Assembly (NCBI GenBank): GCA_035340095.1
Contig: DAORGN010000004.1
Location: 1 to 60,451 of the forward strand
Source: Pseudomonadota bacterium
GTDB taxonomy: Bacteria; Myxococcota_A; Polyangia; Palsa-1104; JAEUJZ01
Length of the DNA stretch: 60,451 nucleotides
Direction: 5' to 3'
Numbering within the stretch: position 1 is the first letter of the stretch; each line of letters begins with the position of its first letter. Below are positions 9,321 through 19,085 of the stretch, piece after piece. The translations under genes and the position numbers were made by a program. The notes beneath the pieces were generated by a model. That model ran no database searches and was not told where the DNA came from. It saw only the letters and a list, made by a program, of their open reading frames with translations.

Positions 9321-11342
9321 GTGCCGTCGGAAACGCCAGCGCCGGACCTTTGTGCAGACCTGCGTTCTGCGCTTTTGTCGACCGATCTGGCCAAGCTGGA
9401 AGCGCTGTGGCAAACGATCCTGAACAGCCCACCGACGGAAAAACGACGGGCCGCGGCGATTTTGGCCAAGCATGGTCTGTCCGATCGCGCCGCACAGCTT
9501 CACGAGCAGCTTGGGGATCTGCCTTCCGCCCAAGCGCTGTATCAGCAGGCGGGCCTTCTCACCGACGCCGGACGGGTTTCAGAACAGCTTGGCGACAAGC
9601 GTTTGGCCGAAGCACTCTACCGTCAGAGCATCGTCGAACATCGCGCAGATACCGCGGCGCAGTCTCCGGATGGGGCGGTGGCCGACCGATCGTCACCCGC
9701 GCTGCGGCTTGGCCAGCTCCTACTTCGCCAAGGCCGTGCCGAGGAAGCCATCCCTTTTTTGCAGGCGATCCGACGCAAGCTGCTGACGAACAACACGCCG
9801 TTGCCGCTCCTCGATGAAGTCGAGCCCGCGCTGCTGCATGCACTTGTGCAGGTTCAACTGCCGGAAGCGGCGCTGTCGCTGCTTCAGTCGTATTCACGCC
9901 GTCACCCGGACGCGCCACCGACGGTTGCCGAGTGGCTTCTGACCGCGCCACAGCCCAGTGTGCAAGAACGAATGCTCCTCGGTCGATATCGCTTGCAGAG
10001 GCTGATCGGGGCCGGGGCGATGGGTCGGGTGTTTGTCGCCGAAGACACGGCCAGCAGTCGGTCCGTCGCGATCAAGCTGCTGCCAATGCCGATCGATTCG
10101 CAGGCGCGCGACAGCAAATGGCAGATGTTCTGTCGAGAAGCGCAGATTCTGCAGACGCTGCGCCATCCCAACATCGTCGCGGTGCACGACTTTTCCGAAT
10201 CGGCGGGGGTGCTGGTGATGGAACTTTTGCGCGGTGGATCGCTTGGGGAACAGCCGCTGCCACTGTCGCTGGTCAAGACCAAACGGGTGCTGCGCGATGT
10301 CTGCGCCGGACTTTCAGCCGCCCATGCCGCGTCTGTGCTGCATCGCGACATCAAGCCGCACAACCTGTTTCTCGACGAAGCGCACAACACCAAAATCGGG
10401 GATTTCGGCGCGGCGCTGCTCGCCCAGCTTGGTGCGACGCAGACCGAAAGCCTGGTCGGTACGCTCGCTTATATGTCGCCCGAGCAGCTAGAAGGACAAA
10501 AACTCACCGTCGCAAGCGATCTGTATTCACTCGGGGTGACACTGTTTCAGCTTCTCACCGGGAGGCTTCCGTTTGTCGGTCCCGATTGGGTAAGCCAGCA
10601 TCTTCGGCAGCCGCCGCCCGATCCGCGATCATTGCGTCCGGCGCTGCCCGCAGCGTGGGCCGATCTGTGCTTGCAGCTCCTGGCCAAATCAGAAGCCGAC
10701 AGACCGTCGACGATGGACGAACTGGCGCAGCGGATCACGCAGCTTCCCGACGCAGAAACTGCGCAGCAAGCCGGCACGCTGGAAGGAAAACTCCCGTCGG
10801 CAGACGACGGACTTTTGCCCCACTTGGAAACCCACAGCCTGCACCCGATCGATGGCACAAGTCCGACGCTGCTGTATCAGACCGGGCACAGCGCGGTGTA
10901 TCACGTCGTTTCGGCCAAGCTAGCCAGAGGCGTACTCATCGAACGATTTGATCGCGAAAAACTGATGACGCCGACGGGGCAACATCATCTGCGCTGGCTG
11001 CGCGCCATGGCTCGGCTTGGTGGACCGGGTCTACAGCGCGTGCTGCGCATCATGCTCGACGGACATTCGCCAGAAGTTCACTTCGAGGAAACCGTCGGCT
11101 TACCGCTTGGCGCAAACGGCCCGCCCTCCCGCCAAGATGAAGCGATCCTGCTGGCGACGCTGCACGCGATCCACGCCGAAGATGAAGTTCACGGCAACAT
11201 CAGCGACGCAGTGATCGTCGAAAAATACGGGGCCCAGCTGCAAGTGGTGGGACGCGGTCCGCTCGGGTGGAAAAGTCCAGCGCCGACGCCCAAAGACGAA
11301 GAACGGACGCTTTTGGCCATGCTGCGCAGTCGGAAAACGTAG
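9321..11342 (+). CDS. cytoplasmic Hanks-type Ser/Thr kinase with N-terminal TPR-like region
   Basis: IGAGAMGRVF, VAIK, HRDIKPHN, DFG, GTLAYMSPE; no TM helix. The GTG start at 9321 is inferred from a -10 element. Confidence 0.9.
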   Translation: MPSETPAPDLCADLRSALLSTDLAKLEALWQTILNSPPTEKRRAAAILAKHGLSDRAAQLHEQLGDLPSAQALYQQAGLLTDAGRVSEQLGDKRLAEALYRQSIVEHRADTAAQSPDGAVADRSSPALRLGQLLLRQGRAEEAIPFLQAIRRKLLTNNTPLPLLDEVEPALLHALVQVQLPEAALSLLQSYSRRHPDAPPTVAEWLLTAPQPSVQERMLLGRYRLQRLIGAGAMGRVFVAEDTASSRSVAIKLLPMPIDSQARDSKWQMFCREAQILQTLRHPNIVAVHDFSESAGVLVMELLRGGSLGEQPLPLSLVKTKRVLRDVCAGLSAAHAASVLHRDIKPHNLFLDEAHNTKIGDFGAALLAQLGATQTESLVGTLAYMSPEQLEGQKLTVASDLYSLGVTLFQLLTGRLPFVGPDWVSQHLRQPPPDPRSLRPALPAAWADLCLQLLAKSEADRPSTMDELAQRITQLPDAETAQQAGTLEGKLPSADDGLLPHLETHSLHPIDGTSPTLLYQTGHSAVYHVVSAKLARGVLIERFDREKLMTPTGQHHLRWLRAMARLGGPGLQRVLRIMLDGHSPEVHFEETVGLPLGANGPPSRQDEAILLATLHAIHAEDEVHGNISDAVIVEKYGAQLQVVGRGPLGWKSPAPTPKDEERTLLAMLRSRKT

Positions 11343-11345
11343 CGA

Positions 11346-12053
11346 TCACCGACGCAGGAGCACGTAGACGGCCCCTGCCCCGCCATCGGTCGGACGCGCC
11401 GTCGCAAAGCAGAGCACGCTTTTGGCAATCCGCCCGCGCTGAAGCCACAGCCGGACCGCATCTTTTAGCACCGGAATTTGGTCTTTCGAATTGAGCCCGC
11501 GACCATGCACGATCAGGATGCAGCGACGGCCATTTAGCTTCGAGTCATGCACAAACGTTTCGACCCGCAGCCGCGCTTCTTCGCGGTTTAGTCCGTGCAG
11601 ATCGACGTGCGCCTGCACTGCAAAATCCCCCCGTCGCAGCCGATAAAGAAGTCTCCTGTCGAGCCCGTGCGCGATGCCTTCGATGTATTCGTCGGTGTCG
11701 CTGATATCAAACGAACCGCTGCCCGACACCAAATCGGATAGCTGCGCATACGCTTCGGCGTCTTCCGACAGACGTTGCCGTGCCGCACGCTCTTGCTCGA
11801 CGGGACGCTCGCGGCCTTGGACAGCCAGACGGTTTGTGCCCTGCATTTCGCGCCGGAAGAGTTCTTCGTCGGATAACTGTTCCTCTTCGCTGGTCGTCAG
11901 CTTCGGCGGCGGCGGTGCTTTGGGTGGTTCTTTGACCGGAGCTTTGTCGAGAAGCCCCCACAACTCTTTGCGCGCTGCCAAAAACGGACTGTTGAGCGGC
12001 GGCTCTTTCGGGGGACTCGCACTGGTTTTGCTGCGCTTCTTCAGTTGCGCCAT
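11346..12053 (-). CDS. Smr/MutS2-C domain protein
   Basis: VDLHGLNREEA, IVHGRGLNS, DGGAGAVYVLLRR. Confidence 0.92.
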   Translation of the reverse strand: MAQLKKRSKTSASPPKEPPLNSPFLAARKELWGLLDKAPVKEPPKAPPPPKLTTSEEEQLSDEELFRREMQGTNRLAVQGRERPVEQERAARQRLSEDAEAYAQLSDLVSGSGSFDISDTDEYIEGIAHGLDRRLLYRLRRGDFAVQAHVDLHGLNREEARLRVETFVHDSKLNGRRCILIVHGRGLNSKDQIPVLKDAVRLWLQRGRIAKSVLCFATARPTDGGAGAVYVLLRR

Positions 12054-12133
12054 GACTCACTCGTACCTGCGACCGGCAATCGCTGCAAGCTTGCTGCTGA
12101 TTCGATGTCGCCCGGCAGCGTATACTTTCCACC

Positions 12134-12607
12134 ATGCCACACGAGATGGTCGATAGATCCCCGCCCTACTGTCGGATTTGTGAAGGTGTCGAAGGCACGT
12201 CGCTGCCAACGGACTGTCCCGGCGAAAAGCTCACGTCGGCGCAGGTATCCGGCGTCCACTTCAAGACGCTCGATTACCGAGACGGTCGCTGGGATGACCC
12301 CGCCGTGTTCGACTGGAAGCCCGCCGCGATGCCAACGGCGTCAAACTTCGGCGGCCCCAGCATCGTCGTCACCGGCGATGATGGTTCGACGACGGTGAGC
12401 GGCAGCGGCGGATCGCGCCACATCACCACCATCATTCCAACTGAGCCCGTGGATGAACCGGAAGAAAATGGCGGCGCTCCATCGCTGATTCCGGTGCCAA
12501 TCCCCATCCCGATTCCCATTCCCATCCCGATTCCCACCGGCGGTAGCTCTGGCCCAGCCGAAGAGGAAGAAGGCGATCCGAGCTACGACGTCCGCGTCAA
12601 CAAGTAG
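12134..12607 (+). CDS. hypothetical protein with N-terminal Cys motif and (IP)n tract
   Basis: CRICEGVEGTSLPTDCPG...LDYRDGRW followed by a low-complexity acidic tail; TATACT-N7-ATG upstream. Confidence 0.6.
   Translation: MPHEMVDRSPPYCRICEGVEGTSLPTDCPGEKLTSAQVSGVHFKTLDYRDGRWDDPAVFDWKPAAMPTASNFGGPSIVVTGDDGSTTVSGSGGSRHITTIIPTEPVDEPEENGGAPSLIPVPIPIPIPIPIPIPTGGSSGPAEEEEGDPSYDVRVNK
12488..12535 (+). repeat. 6-nt-period coding repeat, (Ile/Val-Pro)x8
   Basis: att ccg gtg cca atc ccc atc ccg att ccc att ccc atc ccg att ccc. Confidence 0.85.
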
Positions 12608-12618
12608 CCACATCGTCC

Positions 12619-14055
12619 CTAAAACATCGCCCGTCGCAGCGCTGAAAGCGGCGCATCATCGCGCAGTCGAACCGAGTCATCACCGACGGGTTCAATGCCC
12701 AGCAGCGTCAGTGTTTCCCGCAGTGGCAGGGCGTTTCGTTCGCGCAAATAGCGCCGAACCAGCGCCGGTGAACTGGCCTGCCCAAGCCCTTCCAGCACCG
12801 ATTCTTCATCGAGTCGCGTGTGCAAACTCTGCTTACGAAGCGACCGCATCACATCATCGAGCGACCGTTTGCCCTGGCTCTTTTTGCGAATCTCGACATC
12901 GAGCAAAAACGCCAGACACGCGCCGCCCCAGTACACCCGCGTGTAGCGATAGGTCTTGTGCAAGTTGGCGCTCTCCGTTTCCAGCGACGTCCCGTTCGGC
13001 TGGCAGTGCCGGCGAAAACCATCCCACAAATCCGACCACGCTTCCTTCGCCGTCAGCGCCCCAAGCCGCGCTCGCAAGATATCTTGGTAATACGTGGTAA
13101 AACCCTCAACAAACCACGGCACCTTGTAGCGCATGAGCGGATTGCCGATATGAAATATCTCGTGCGTTGCCACCCAGTCGTCTGAAAGCGGAAACCGCGT
13201 CGCATCCGCGCCAAAGTAGATCAGCACCGACGGGCGCAGTGGCCGAAGCACCGTCCCAAACGAGCCCAGCTCAGTCTGTCCCGGCCATGCGACGATCACG
13301 ATGTGAACGTTCGACGGCATCTGTGGACCGTATAGCCGCTCACTCGCCCGCGAGGCCTGCTCGATCCACGTCCGCAGTTCCAGATCGGACGCTCGGCTTT
13401 TCCCGACCAGGTGCAGCTCGACCTGCGAATGCGCAAGCGCGAGCGTCCCAAGCGGACGAACAGCGCCAAAGGTCACGTAGCTGCCGCCGTCGTACTGCGC
13501 CGCATCCAGCTGATAGCGCAAGCCCGGTCCGGGCAACTTCTGCCAAGGCACCGTCAGCGCCGTCCCGGTTGGAAGCTCGAATTCAACATCGATGGATGGC
13601 GACGGCAGCGACGGAGAATCCGGAAGTGGCAGCGGGTCCGGGCGCAGCAGCACCGCTTCCTCACTGAACGTCATCGCCTGTTCGTGGCGCTGCACCAGGT
13701 CCGCGTTGTTGAAATGATCCGCCGCCGCCGCAAGATCGTACTTGTAGCGCAGCCGCACCGGGACCGCTTTTGCGTCGATCAGCCGGAAGCAGTCCCCATC
13801 ACGCACAAGAGGCAGCGCGCGTCCGTCGGAAAATATCTGCTGGATATCGCGCACAAACCGCCCCGCGGAAGGCATGTCGGCGCAGACTTGCGGTGTCGTC
13901 GGTGCGGGAAACGTCAAGCTCACGTTTGCCTGCGCATGCGGCCCATCCGTCAGCTTGACCAAGCAATGCCAGCCACGCGGCAGCGCAGACGGCGGCTCCG
14001 CCCCACCCAAAAGCAGGGCCGCCACCGCCAAAAGCGAAAAACGAAGCCAATGCAC
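12619..14055 (-). CDS. secreted M61-like (gluzincin) metallopeptidase
   Basis: Signal peptide, WVATHEIFH (HExxH), WFVEGFTTYY, YWGGACLAFLLDVEIR; GTG start. Confidence 0.8.
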   Translation of the reverse strand: MHWLRFSLLAVAALLLGGAEPPSALPRGWHCLVKLTDGPHAQANVSLTFPAPTTPQVCADMPSAGRFVRDIQQIFSDGRALPLVRDGDCFRLIDAKAVPVRLRYKYDLAAAADHFNNADLVQRHEQAMTFSEEAVLLRPDPLPLPDSPSLPSPSIDVEFELPTGTALTVPWQKLPGPGLRYQLDAAQYDGGSYVTFGAVRPLGTLALAHSQVELHLVGKSRASDLELRTWIEQASRASERLYGPQMPSNVHIVIVAWPGQTELGSFGTVLRPLRPSVLIYFGADATRFPLSDDWVATHEIFHIGNPLMRYKVPWFVEGFTTYYQDILRARLGALTAKEAWSDLWDGFRRHCQPNGTSLETESANLHKTYRYTRVYWGGACLAFLLDVEIRKKSQGKRSLDDVMRSLRKQSLHTRLDEESVLEGLGQASSPALVRRYLRERNALPLRETLTLLGIEPVGDDSVRLRDDAPLSALRRAMF

Positions 14056-14058
14056 GCG

Positions 14059-14832
14059 CTACATACGCCGCCAGTGACCCGGAACATAGCGCCAGCCGCC
14101 CGGAGCTTGCACCCACTGCGCGCGCTGCCAGCCAAAGCCATGCCGACGCGCGACAAAGTGCCCCGGCGTCCAGATCCAGCGCACGCCATTCCACGTCCAG
14201 TGACCGCCTACCCATTCATGCTGCACGGACGGCGCCATCGGCACGACTTCTTCCATCGGCGGCGGCGGTGCGCTTTGGACGATTACGCCACTTGGTGGCG
14301 GCGGCCCGTCCATGTACTGCGGCTGACGGAGCGGTTCCCAGTGACCGGGCGCAAACACCCACTGATGTCCGACGCGGACCCAGTGCGCCCGAACCCACAC
14401 ATGGTGAGGCCGCGCCATGTCCCAATAACCCGGCACCCAGACGTAGCGGCCCATTCGCCAGGCCCAGTGACCAGGGATCCATGCGTGCCGCTGAGACGGC
14501 GCCACCGGGCGAACTTCCATTTGCGGCGCCGGTGGTGCCATCTCGACCCGAACTTCGGGCTCGGCCACGTATCCCGGCTGCGGCGCGTACTGCGGCTCTG
14601 GTGCGTATTGCGGCTGCGGTGCGTATTGCGGCTGCGGTGCGTATTGCGGCTGCGGTGCGTATTGCGGCGCTGGCTGCGGCTGGGCAGGAACGTACTGCGG
14701 AGCTGGCTGCGCGACCGGCTGCGGCGGCACATAGGGTGGCGCAGGCCTCGTCGGATACTGCGCAAGCGCGCTCATCGAAGAGGCGAACAGAAGGGCCATC
14801 GAAGCACCGAAGATCGTGCGAAAGCGAGCCAT
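14059..14832 (-). CDS. secreted YXWGXW (WXXGXW) repeat protein
   Basis: Signal peptide, multiple WIPGHW/WVPGYW/WVRAHW/WVGGHW/WTPGHF repeats and a Pro-rich N-region. Confidence 0.9.
   Translation of the reverse strand: MARFRTIFGASMALLFASSMSALAQYPTRPAPPYVPPQPVAQPAPQYVPAQPQPAPQYAPQPQYAPQPQYAPQPQYAPEPQYAPQPGYVAEPEVRVEMAPPAPQMEVRPVAPSQRHAWIPGHWAWRMGRYVWVPGYWDMARPHHVWVRAHWVRVGHQWVFAPGHWEPLRQPQYMDGPPPPSGVIVQSAPPPPMEEVVPMAPSVQHEWVGGHWTWNGVRWIWTPGHFVARRHGFGWQRAQWVQAPGGWRYVPGHWRRM
14578..14667 (-). repeat. 18-nt tandem repeat x5 encoding PQYAP(Q/E)
   Basis: Unit ctgcggtgcgtattgcgg, near-identical copies. Confidence 0.9.
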
Positions 14833-15055
14833 GGAGCGATCCTTTCCCTCGACAAGCAGACCGGCGAAGACGTCGCTGCCCAAGTGCGGTCGAGGCTTTC
14901 CGCATTTTACCTAACCTCGGGCCTGTTCGGTTAGACGAAGGGGCAGCCATGTTTCTTACCCGAAAATACCTTTCTGTCGGCCCGACCGAGAAGCTGCTGG
15001 GGCGAACCACAAGCGCCGATGCGAAGACGAGTTCACGTTCGACGTGCCGTAGGAG

Positions 15056-15085
15056 TTGACCGCTCAAGAAGGGCGCGCGTATGCT
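15056..15085 (+). promoter_or_regulatory. putative sigma70 promoter for the DUF507-infA-bcp genes
   Basis: TTGACC-N18-TATGCT, about 26 nt upstream of ATG 15112. Confidence 0.45.
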
Positions 15086-15111
15086 GCGGACGTTTTTAAA
15101 GGGACCAAGGA

Positions 15112-15624
15112 ATGCGGCTCTATTCGGGAAAGATTCCTTCCATCGCACAGGACTTGATTCGCAAGCTCAAGGAAGATGGCGATATTGAGGTCAGCGACGT
15201 TTCGGAGGCCCAGCTCGACGTGGAAGCGGTGCTCAAAGAGTACCTGCGGCTCGAGCGTGAGCTGACGGAGAAGGCCAAGGACTACATGGAAAAACGGCGT
15301 CTGCCCTACGAGCAGCTGCCGAAAATCAAGCGTGCCATGGCCGAAGAGCGCGACATCGGAATCGGCGACGAGTCGGTGTCCTACATCGCCAACCAAATCC
15401 TCGAAGCGTTTATGCACTCGCGCTTTGTCGAGGAGGTGTTTGCCGACGATGCCGACATGCGGAAGAAAATCCAAGGCATCTTGCGCAAGCACATGCAGGT
15501 CGACGCCGATATCGATCACGAAGTGCGTCGACGCATCAAGAATCTGCAAGAAGGCACGGCGACCTGGGAAATCGAATACCAGAAAGTCATGGAGCAGCTC
15601 CGTCGCCAACACAAGCTCGAATAA
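15112..15624 (+). CDS. DUF507-family protein
   Basis: MRLYSGKIPSIAQDLIRKL...DVEAVLKEYLR...VEEVFADD; resembles myxobacterial DUF507 (from recall). Confidence 0.75.
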   Translation: MRLYSGKIPSIAQDLIRKLKEDGDIEVSDVSEAQLDVEAVLKEYLRLERELTEKAKDYMEKRRLPYEQLPKIKRAMAEERDIGIGDESVSYIANQILEAFMHSRFVEEVFADDADMRKKIQGILRKHMQVDADIDHEVRRRIKNLQEGTATWEIEYQKVMEQLRRQHKLE

Positions 15625-15675
15625 GAGCGCACGCGCCCCACAAGCAAGTCAGTTACACCCCGCAGGAGAAAGCAT

Positions 15676-15891
15676 TTGAGTCGAGAAGATCTGGTCGAAA
15701 TGAACGGAACGGTCACCAACGTGATGGTCGGCGGTAACTTTGAAGTCGTCACCCCCGAAGGGCACAAGATCCTGGCCCGGCTGTCGGGTCGGATGCGGCG
15801 CTTCCGAATTCGCGTGGTGCTCGGCGATCAGGTCCTGGTCGGCGTCTCTCCATACGATCCGACGCGCGGCCTGATTACGCGCCGTACCTAG
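15676..15891 (+). CDS. infA: translation initiation factor IF-1
   Basis: MSREDLVEMNGTV...GHKILARLSGRMRRFRIRVVLGDQVLVGVSPYDPTRGLI; AGGAG SD, TTG start. Confidence 0.92.
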   Translation: MSREDLVEMNGTVTNVMVGGNFEVVTPEGHKILARLSGRMRRFRIRVVLGDQVLVGVSPYDPTRGLITRRT

Positions 15892-15950
15892 CACCACGTC
15901 GGCATCTAACTGCTTTTGCGTCTGTTGGTAGCGAAAAAGGGGGTTATTCC

Positions 15951-16403
15951 GTGCTCAAAGTTGGCGACACCGCACCGGATTTTTCAGCGACAGCGACGAC
16001 CGGCAAGCCCGTCAAGCTCTCGGAGCTGCGTGGCAAGCGGGTGGTGATGTTCTTCTTTCCGAAGGCGATGACCACCGGCTGCACCATCGAGACGCGGCTG
16101 TTTCGCGACCACTACACCGAGATCGCTGCGCTCGGAGCCGAAGTCATTGGCGTTTCGGTCGATTCCAATGAAAAGCAGTGCGAGTTTGCCAGTCGCGAAG
16201 GCGTGTCCTTCCCGATGATCGGCGACTCACAAAAGACGATCGGCAAGAGCTACGACGTGATGTGGCCGCTGCTCGGCGTCACCCAGCGGGTCACCTACGT
16301 CGTCGGTCCCGATGGACGGATCGAGGCGGTGTTCCATCACGAGCTGATGGTGGGTCGGCACCTCGAAGACGTAAAGCGCCACCTGCAAAGCAAAGCGGCG
16401 TAA
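15951..16403 (+). CDS. bcp: peroxiredoxin Q / BCP
   Basis: LKVGDTAPDF, FFFPKAMTTGCTIE (peroxidatic Cys), GVSVDS, QRVTYVVGPDGRI. Confidence 0.9.
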   Translation: MLKVGDTAPDFSATATTGKPVKLSELRGKRVVMFFFPKAMTTGCTIETRLFRDHYTEIAALGAEVIGVSVDSNEKQCEFASREGVSFPMIGDSQKTIGKSYDVMWPLLGVTQRVTYVVGPDGRIEAVFHHELMVGRHLEDVKRHLQSKAA

Positions 16404-16470
16404 CAAACGCTGGCGTCCAACGGAAACTCGCCCGGCGACGACACAACCGGCGTCGCACATAAAATGTGGA

Positions 16471-17850
16471 TTATTCCTCGGGGCGGGAGCGCAGGCGGGC
16501 CAGGTAATACAGGTTCAGCAGCACAAACAGCCCAAGCAGCGCGGCAACTGGCGGAGCCCACTTGACCTGCTGCGGCGTCTCTCCGTCAAACAGCACAAAC
16601 GCATCTTCGGGAATGGTCAGCGGCTCGCTGACTTGCACGGCTTGGACTTCGCTCCACAGAAGCAGCGTGCTCGGCTCGCGAACCGCGGTCAACAGCTTGC
16701 TATCAACAGCCGCCGCCGGTGGAGCAGGAGCCGAAGTTGCCGTCGCAGCGGGAGCTGCCGCCGGAGTTGGCTGGGGCGCCACTGTCGGATTCGCAGGCGC
16801 AGTCGGGATCGTCGGTGCGGCAGGAGAACCAGGCGCCGCCGGAGCTGGGGCAACCGCCGCGGTCCGATAGCGAACCGGCTGCTGAAGCGCATCGGGACCA
16901 GGAATCTCGATGCCCGTGGGACCAAGCTGGAGAAGCGCGCTCGGAACCCGGTAGGTCTCGATGCGGTGCCACAGCCAGATTCCCATCGAGTCAATCTGCG
17001 CGAGCATCTTCTGGCGGTCCGGACCCTTGGCCGGCAGACGCAGGACGTAACCAAAGCCATCCCGCGTTTCGATCCCCGGACCGTGGGGCAGGCCCAGCCG
17101 CTCGACTTCGTAGCGAGCATCGGGTTCCGACGGGAACTTTTCTTTCGAGAGCAGCACCCGCACATCGTCTTCGACGAGCACATCAATCAGAAGATCCTGC
17201 TCTCGGCTCACCGATAGCGGCTGTCCAGCACGATCGAGCGTCGCATACGGCAGCGTCAGCTTGCCCGCTGGTGCCGACTTCAGCTTGTCGAGGTCAATCG
17301 CCCGCAGCGCTTGGGTCTGTTTGAAATACGTGCGCAGCGCATCGACAAACCAGACATCGGAAATCGGACGCAGCCGCCCGACAAACTCGTTGGCCGCATC
17401 TGCCGACAGCGATGCTTTGCGCGCCACCAGCAGTCGATTCGCCGACCCGAGCAGACGGAACACCTGCACGCGACCTCGCCCGCCTTTGGGGTCATACGAC
17501 ACCGAGTTGCGGTGATCGGGCAGTCCTGACAGCTTGACGAACTTGTCGCCCTGACCTGCCAGCTTGCCCGTCGCGGCGCCCTCCGGTGTGCCGACATCGG
17601 TCGGTTGCTCGGGCAAAAGCGCATAGGTGATGTCGCCACGCATCTTATAAAGAAGCAGCAGAGACACCACCATCACGGCGATTGCGACGAGAGGATGACG
17701 ACGAGCCGGCGGCACCTTGAGGTTTACCAGCTCGGGATCGATGGCATCGGGGGAAATCGGCGCGCCGGGTTCAGCCGAAGTCACCAGAACAGGTTCGGCA
17801 GGTTGCGGCGGCGCTAAATTTGGAGAATCGGAACTTGGTTTTAAAGCCAT
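16471..17850 (-). CDS. hypothetical membrane protein (N- and C-terminal TM helices)
   Basis: 459-aa ORF with two hydrophobic anchors and an Ala/Pro linker; no family recognised. Confidence 0.65.
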   Translation of the reverse strand: MALKPSSDSPNLAPPQPAEPVLVTSAEPGAPISPDAIDPELVNLKVPPARRHPLVAIAVMVVSLLLLYKMRGDITYALLPEQPTDVGTPEGAATGKLAGQGDKFVKLSGLPDHRNSVSYDPKGGRGRVQVFRLLGSANRLLVARKASLSADAANEFVGRLRPISDVWFVDALRTYFKQTQALRAIDLDKLKSAPAGKLTLPYATLDRAGQPLSVSREQDLLIDVLVEDDVRVLLSKEKFPSEPDARYEVERLGLPHGPGIETRDGFGYVLRLPAKGPDRQKMLAQIDSMGIWLWHRIETYRVPSALLQLGPTGIEIPGPDALQQPVRYRTAAVAPAPAAPGSPAAPTIPTAPANPTVAPQPTPAAAPAATATSAPAPPAAAVDSKLLTAVREPSTLLLWSEVQAVQVSEPLTIPEDAFVLFDGETPQQVKWAPPVAALLGLFVLLNLYYLARLRSRPEE

Positions 17851-18014
17851 GCTTCACCGACAGAAGTGAGCGCATCGGCGACGTTATCCGAGCCCGGCGA
17901 GAATTGCCATTGTTTTTGGGGGAGCCAGGCCGCGCCGCGCGTTTTCACGGTTCACGGCCACTGGGGCGGGGGAAAAGCGAAGAAGCGACCACAGAGATGT
18001 GGTCACCGACGAGA

Positions 18015-19022
18015 CTACTCGGCGAGCGCGCGGTCGATTTCGGTCTTGAACTTCTCGAAGGGCTGCGCGCCGCTCAGGAAGACGCCGTTGACGAAGAACG
18101 CCGGGGTGCCCTTGACGCCCGCCTCGCTGCCTTCCTTCATGTTCTTCTGCACTGCCGCGGCGTGCTTGCTGGTGGTCAGACACTCATCGAACTTGGTGCC
18201 GTCGAGACCGAGCTTGCGGGCTGCGTCCTTGAGCGCCGCCTCGTCGAGCGTGCTCTGGTTGTCGAACATCCAGTCGTGCATTTCCCAGAACTTGCCTTGA
18301 TCGTTGGCGCACTGACCCGCCTCGGCAGCCTTCTGCGCTTTGTCGTGGAAGCTGAGCGGGAAGTCACGGAAGACGACGCGGACCTTGTTGCCGTACTTGG
18401 CGATGACTTCTTCCATGACCTTGCGGCCCCGACCGCAGTACGGGCACTGGAAGTCGGAAAACTCGACGATGGTGACTTTGGCGTCTTTGGGACCCTTGGC
18501 CGGACCTTCGGTCGCGACCTGGACTTTGGGGGCCGTCAGCAGGACTTTGACACCGGCCTTGGACTTGATCTCTTCGATCACGTCACCGACGGCGCGCTGG
18601 CGGTTCTGACCCGTCAGACCCTTGACCAGCATGTCTTTTACCTGCTCAAACGGCTGACCACCAATCTGCGGCGGCAGACGGGCTTTGTTTTCTTCGTAGA
18701 ACTTGCGCGCTTCGTCGACCGACACTTCCGGAACGCGCTTTTCGACCTGCTGCTTGAGGAACGCATCCTCGTCGAGACCGACCTTCTTGGCTTCCGCCTT
18801 GATGACGCGCTCGTTGATGATGTTGTCGAGTGCGCGCTCGCGAACCTCGAAAAGCTCACGGCCTGCGGCTTTGTCCAGCTCGGCCATGGTGACTTTCTGG
18901 CTGCCAATCATCGCGACGACGGTATCGCCCGACATCGATGACGAGGCCAGGTTGCTGGGAGCATTCTTCGCGCAGGCCGGAGCGAGGAGCAGCAGGGACA
19001 GGGCAACGTGCGTAAGGTTCAT
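18015..19022 (-). CDS. DsbA-family thiol-disulfide oxidoreductase lipoprotein with SurA-like N-domain
   Basis: APAC lipobox, IVEFSDFQCPYC, FRDFPL, GVKGTPAFFVNG. Confidence 0.92.
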   Translation of the reverse strand: MNLTHVALSLLLLAPACAKNAPSNLASSSMSGDTVVAMIGSQKVTMAELDKAAGRELFEVRERALDNIINERVIKAEAKKVGLDEDAFLKQQVEKRVPEVSVDEARKFYEENKARLPPQIGGQPFEQVKDMLVKGLTGQNRQRAVGDVIEEIKSKAGVKVLLTAPKVQVATEGPAKGPKDAKVTIVEFSDFQCPYCGRGRKVMEEVIAKYGNKVRVVFRDFPLSFHDKAQKAAEAGQCANDQGKFWEMHDWMFDNQSTLDEAALKDAARKLGLDGTKFDECLTTSKHAAAVQKNMKEGSEAGVKGTPAFFVNGVFLSGAQPFEKFKTEIDRALAE

Positions 19023-19085
19023 CGGATGGTCCTTTTAACGTCCTTTGGGTCGTGGTTATCGGCGAGCTTTGCTACACTGCGAGGC

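Noticed and set aside
13411-15148. Long alternative-frame ORFs (507, 310 and 263 aa) over the YXWGXW gene
   Set aside because: GC-rich shadow ORFs produced by the 18-nt repeat; Arg/Ala-biased with no motifs.
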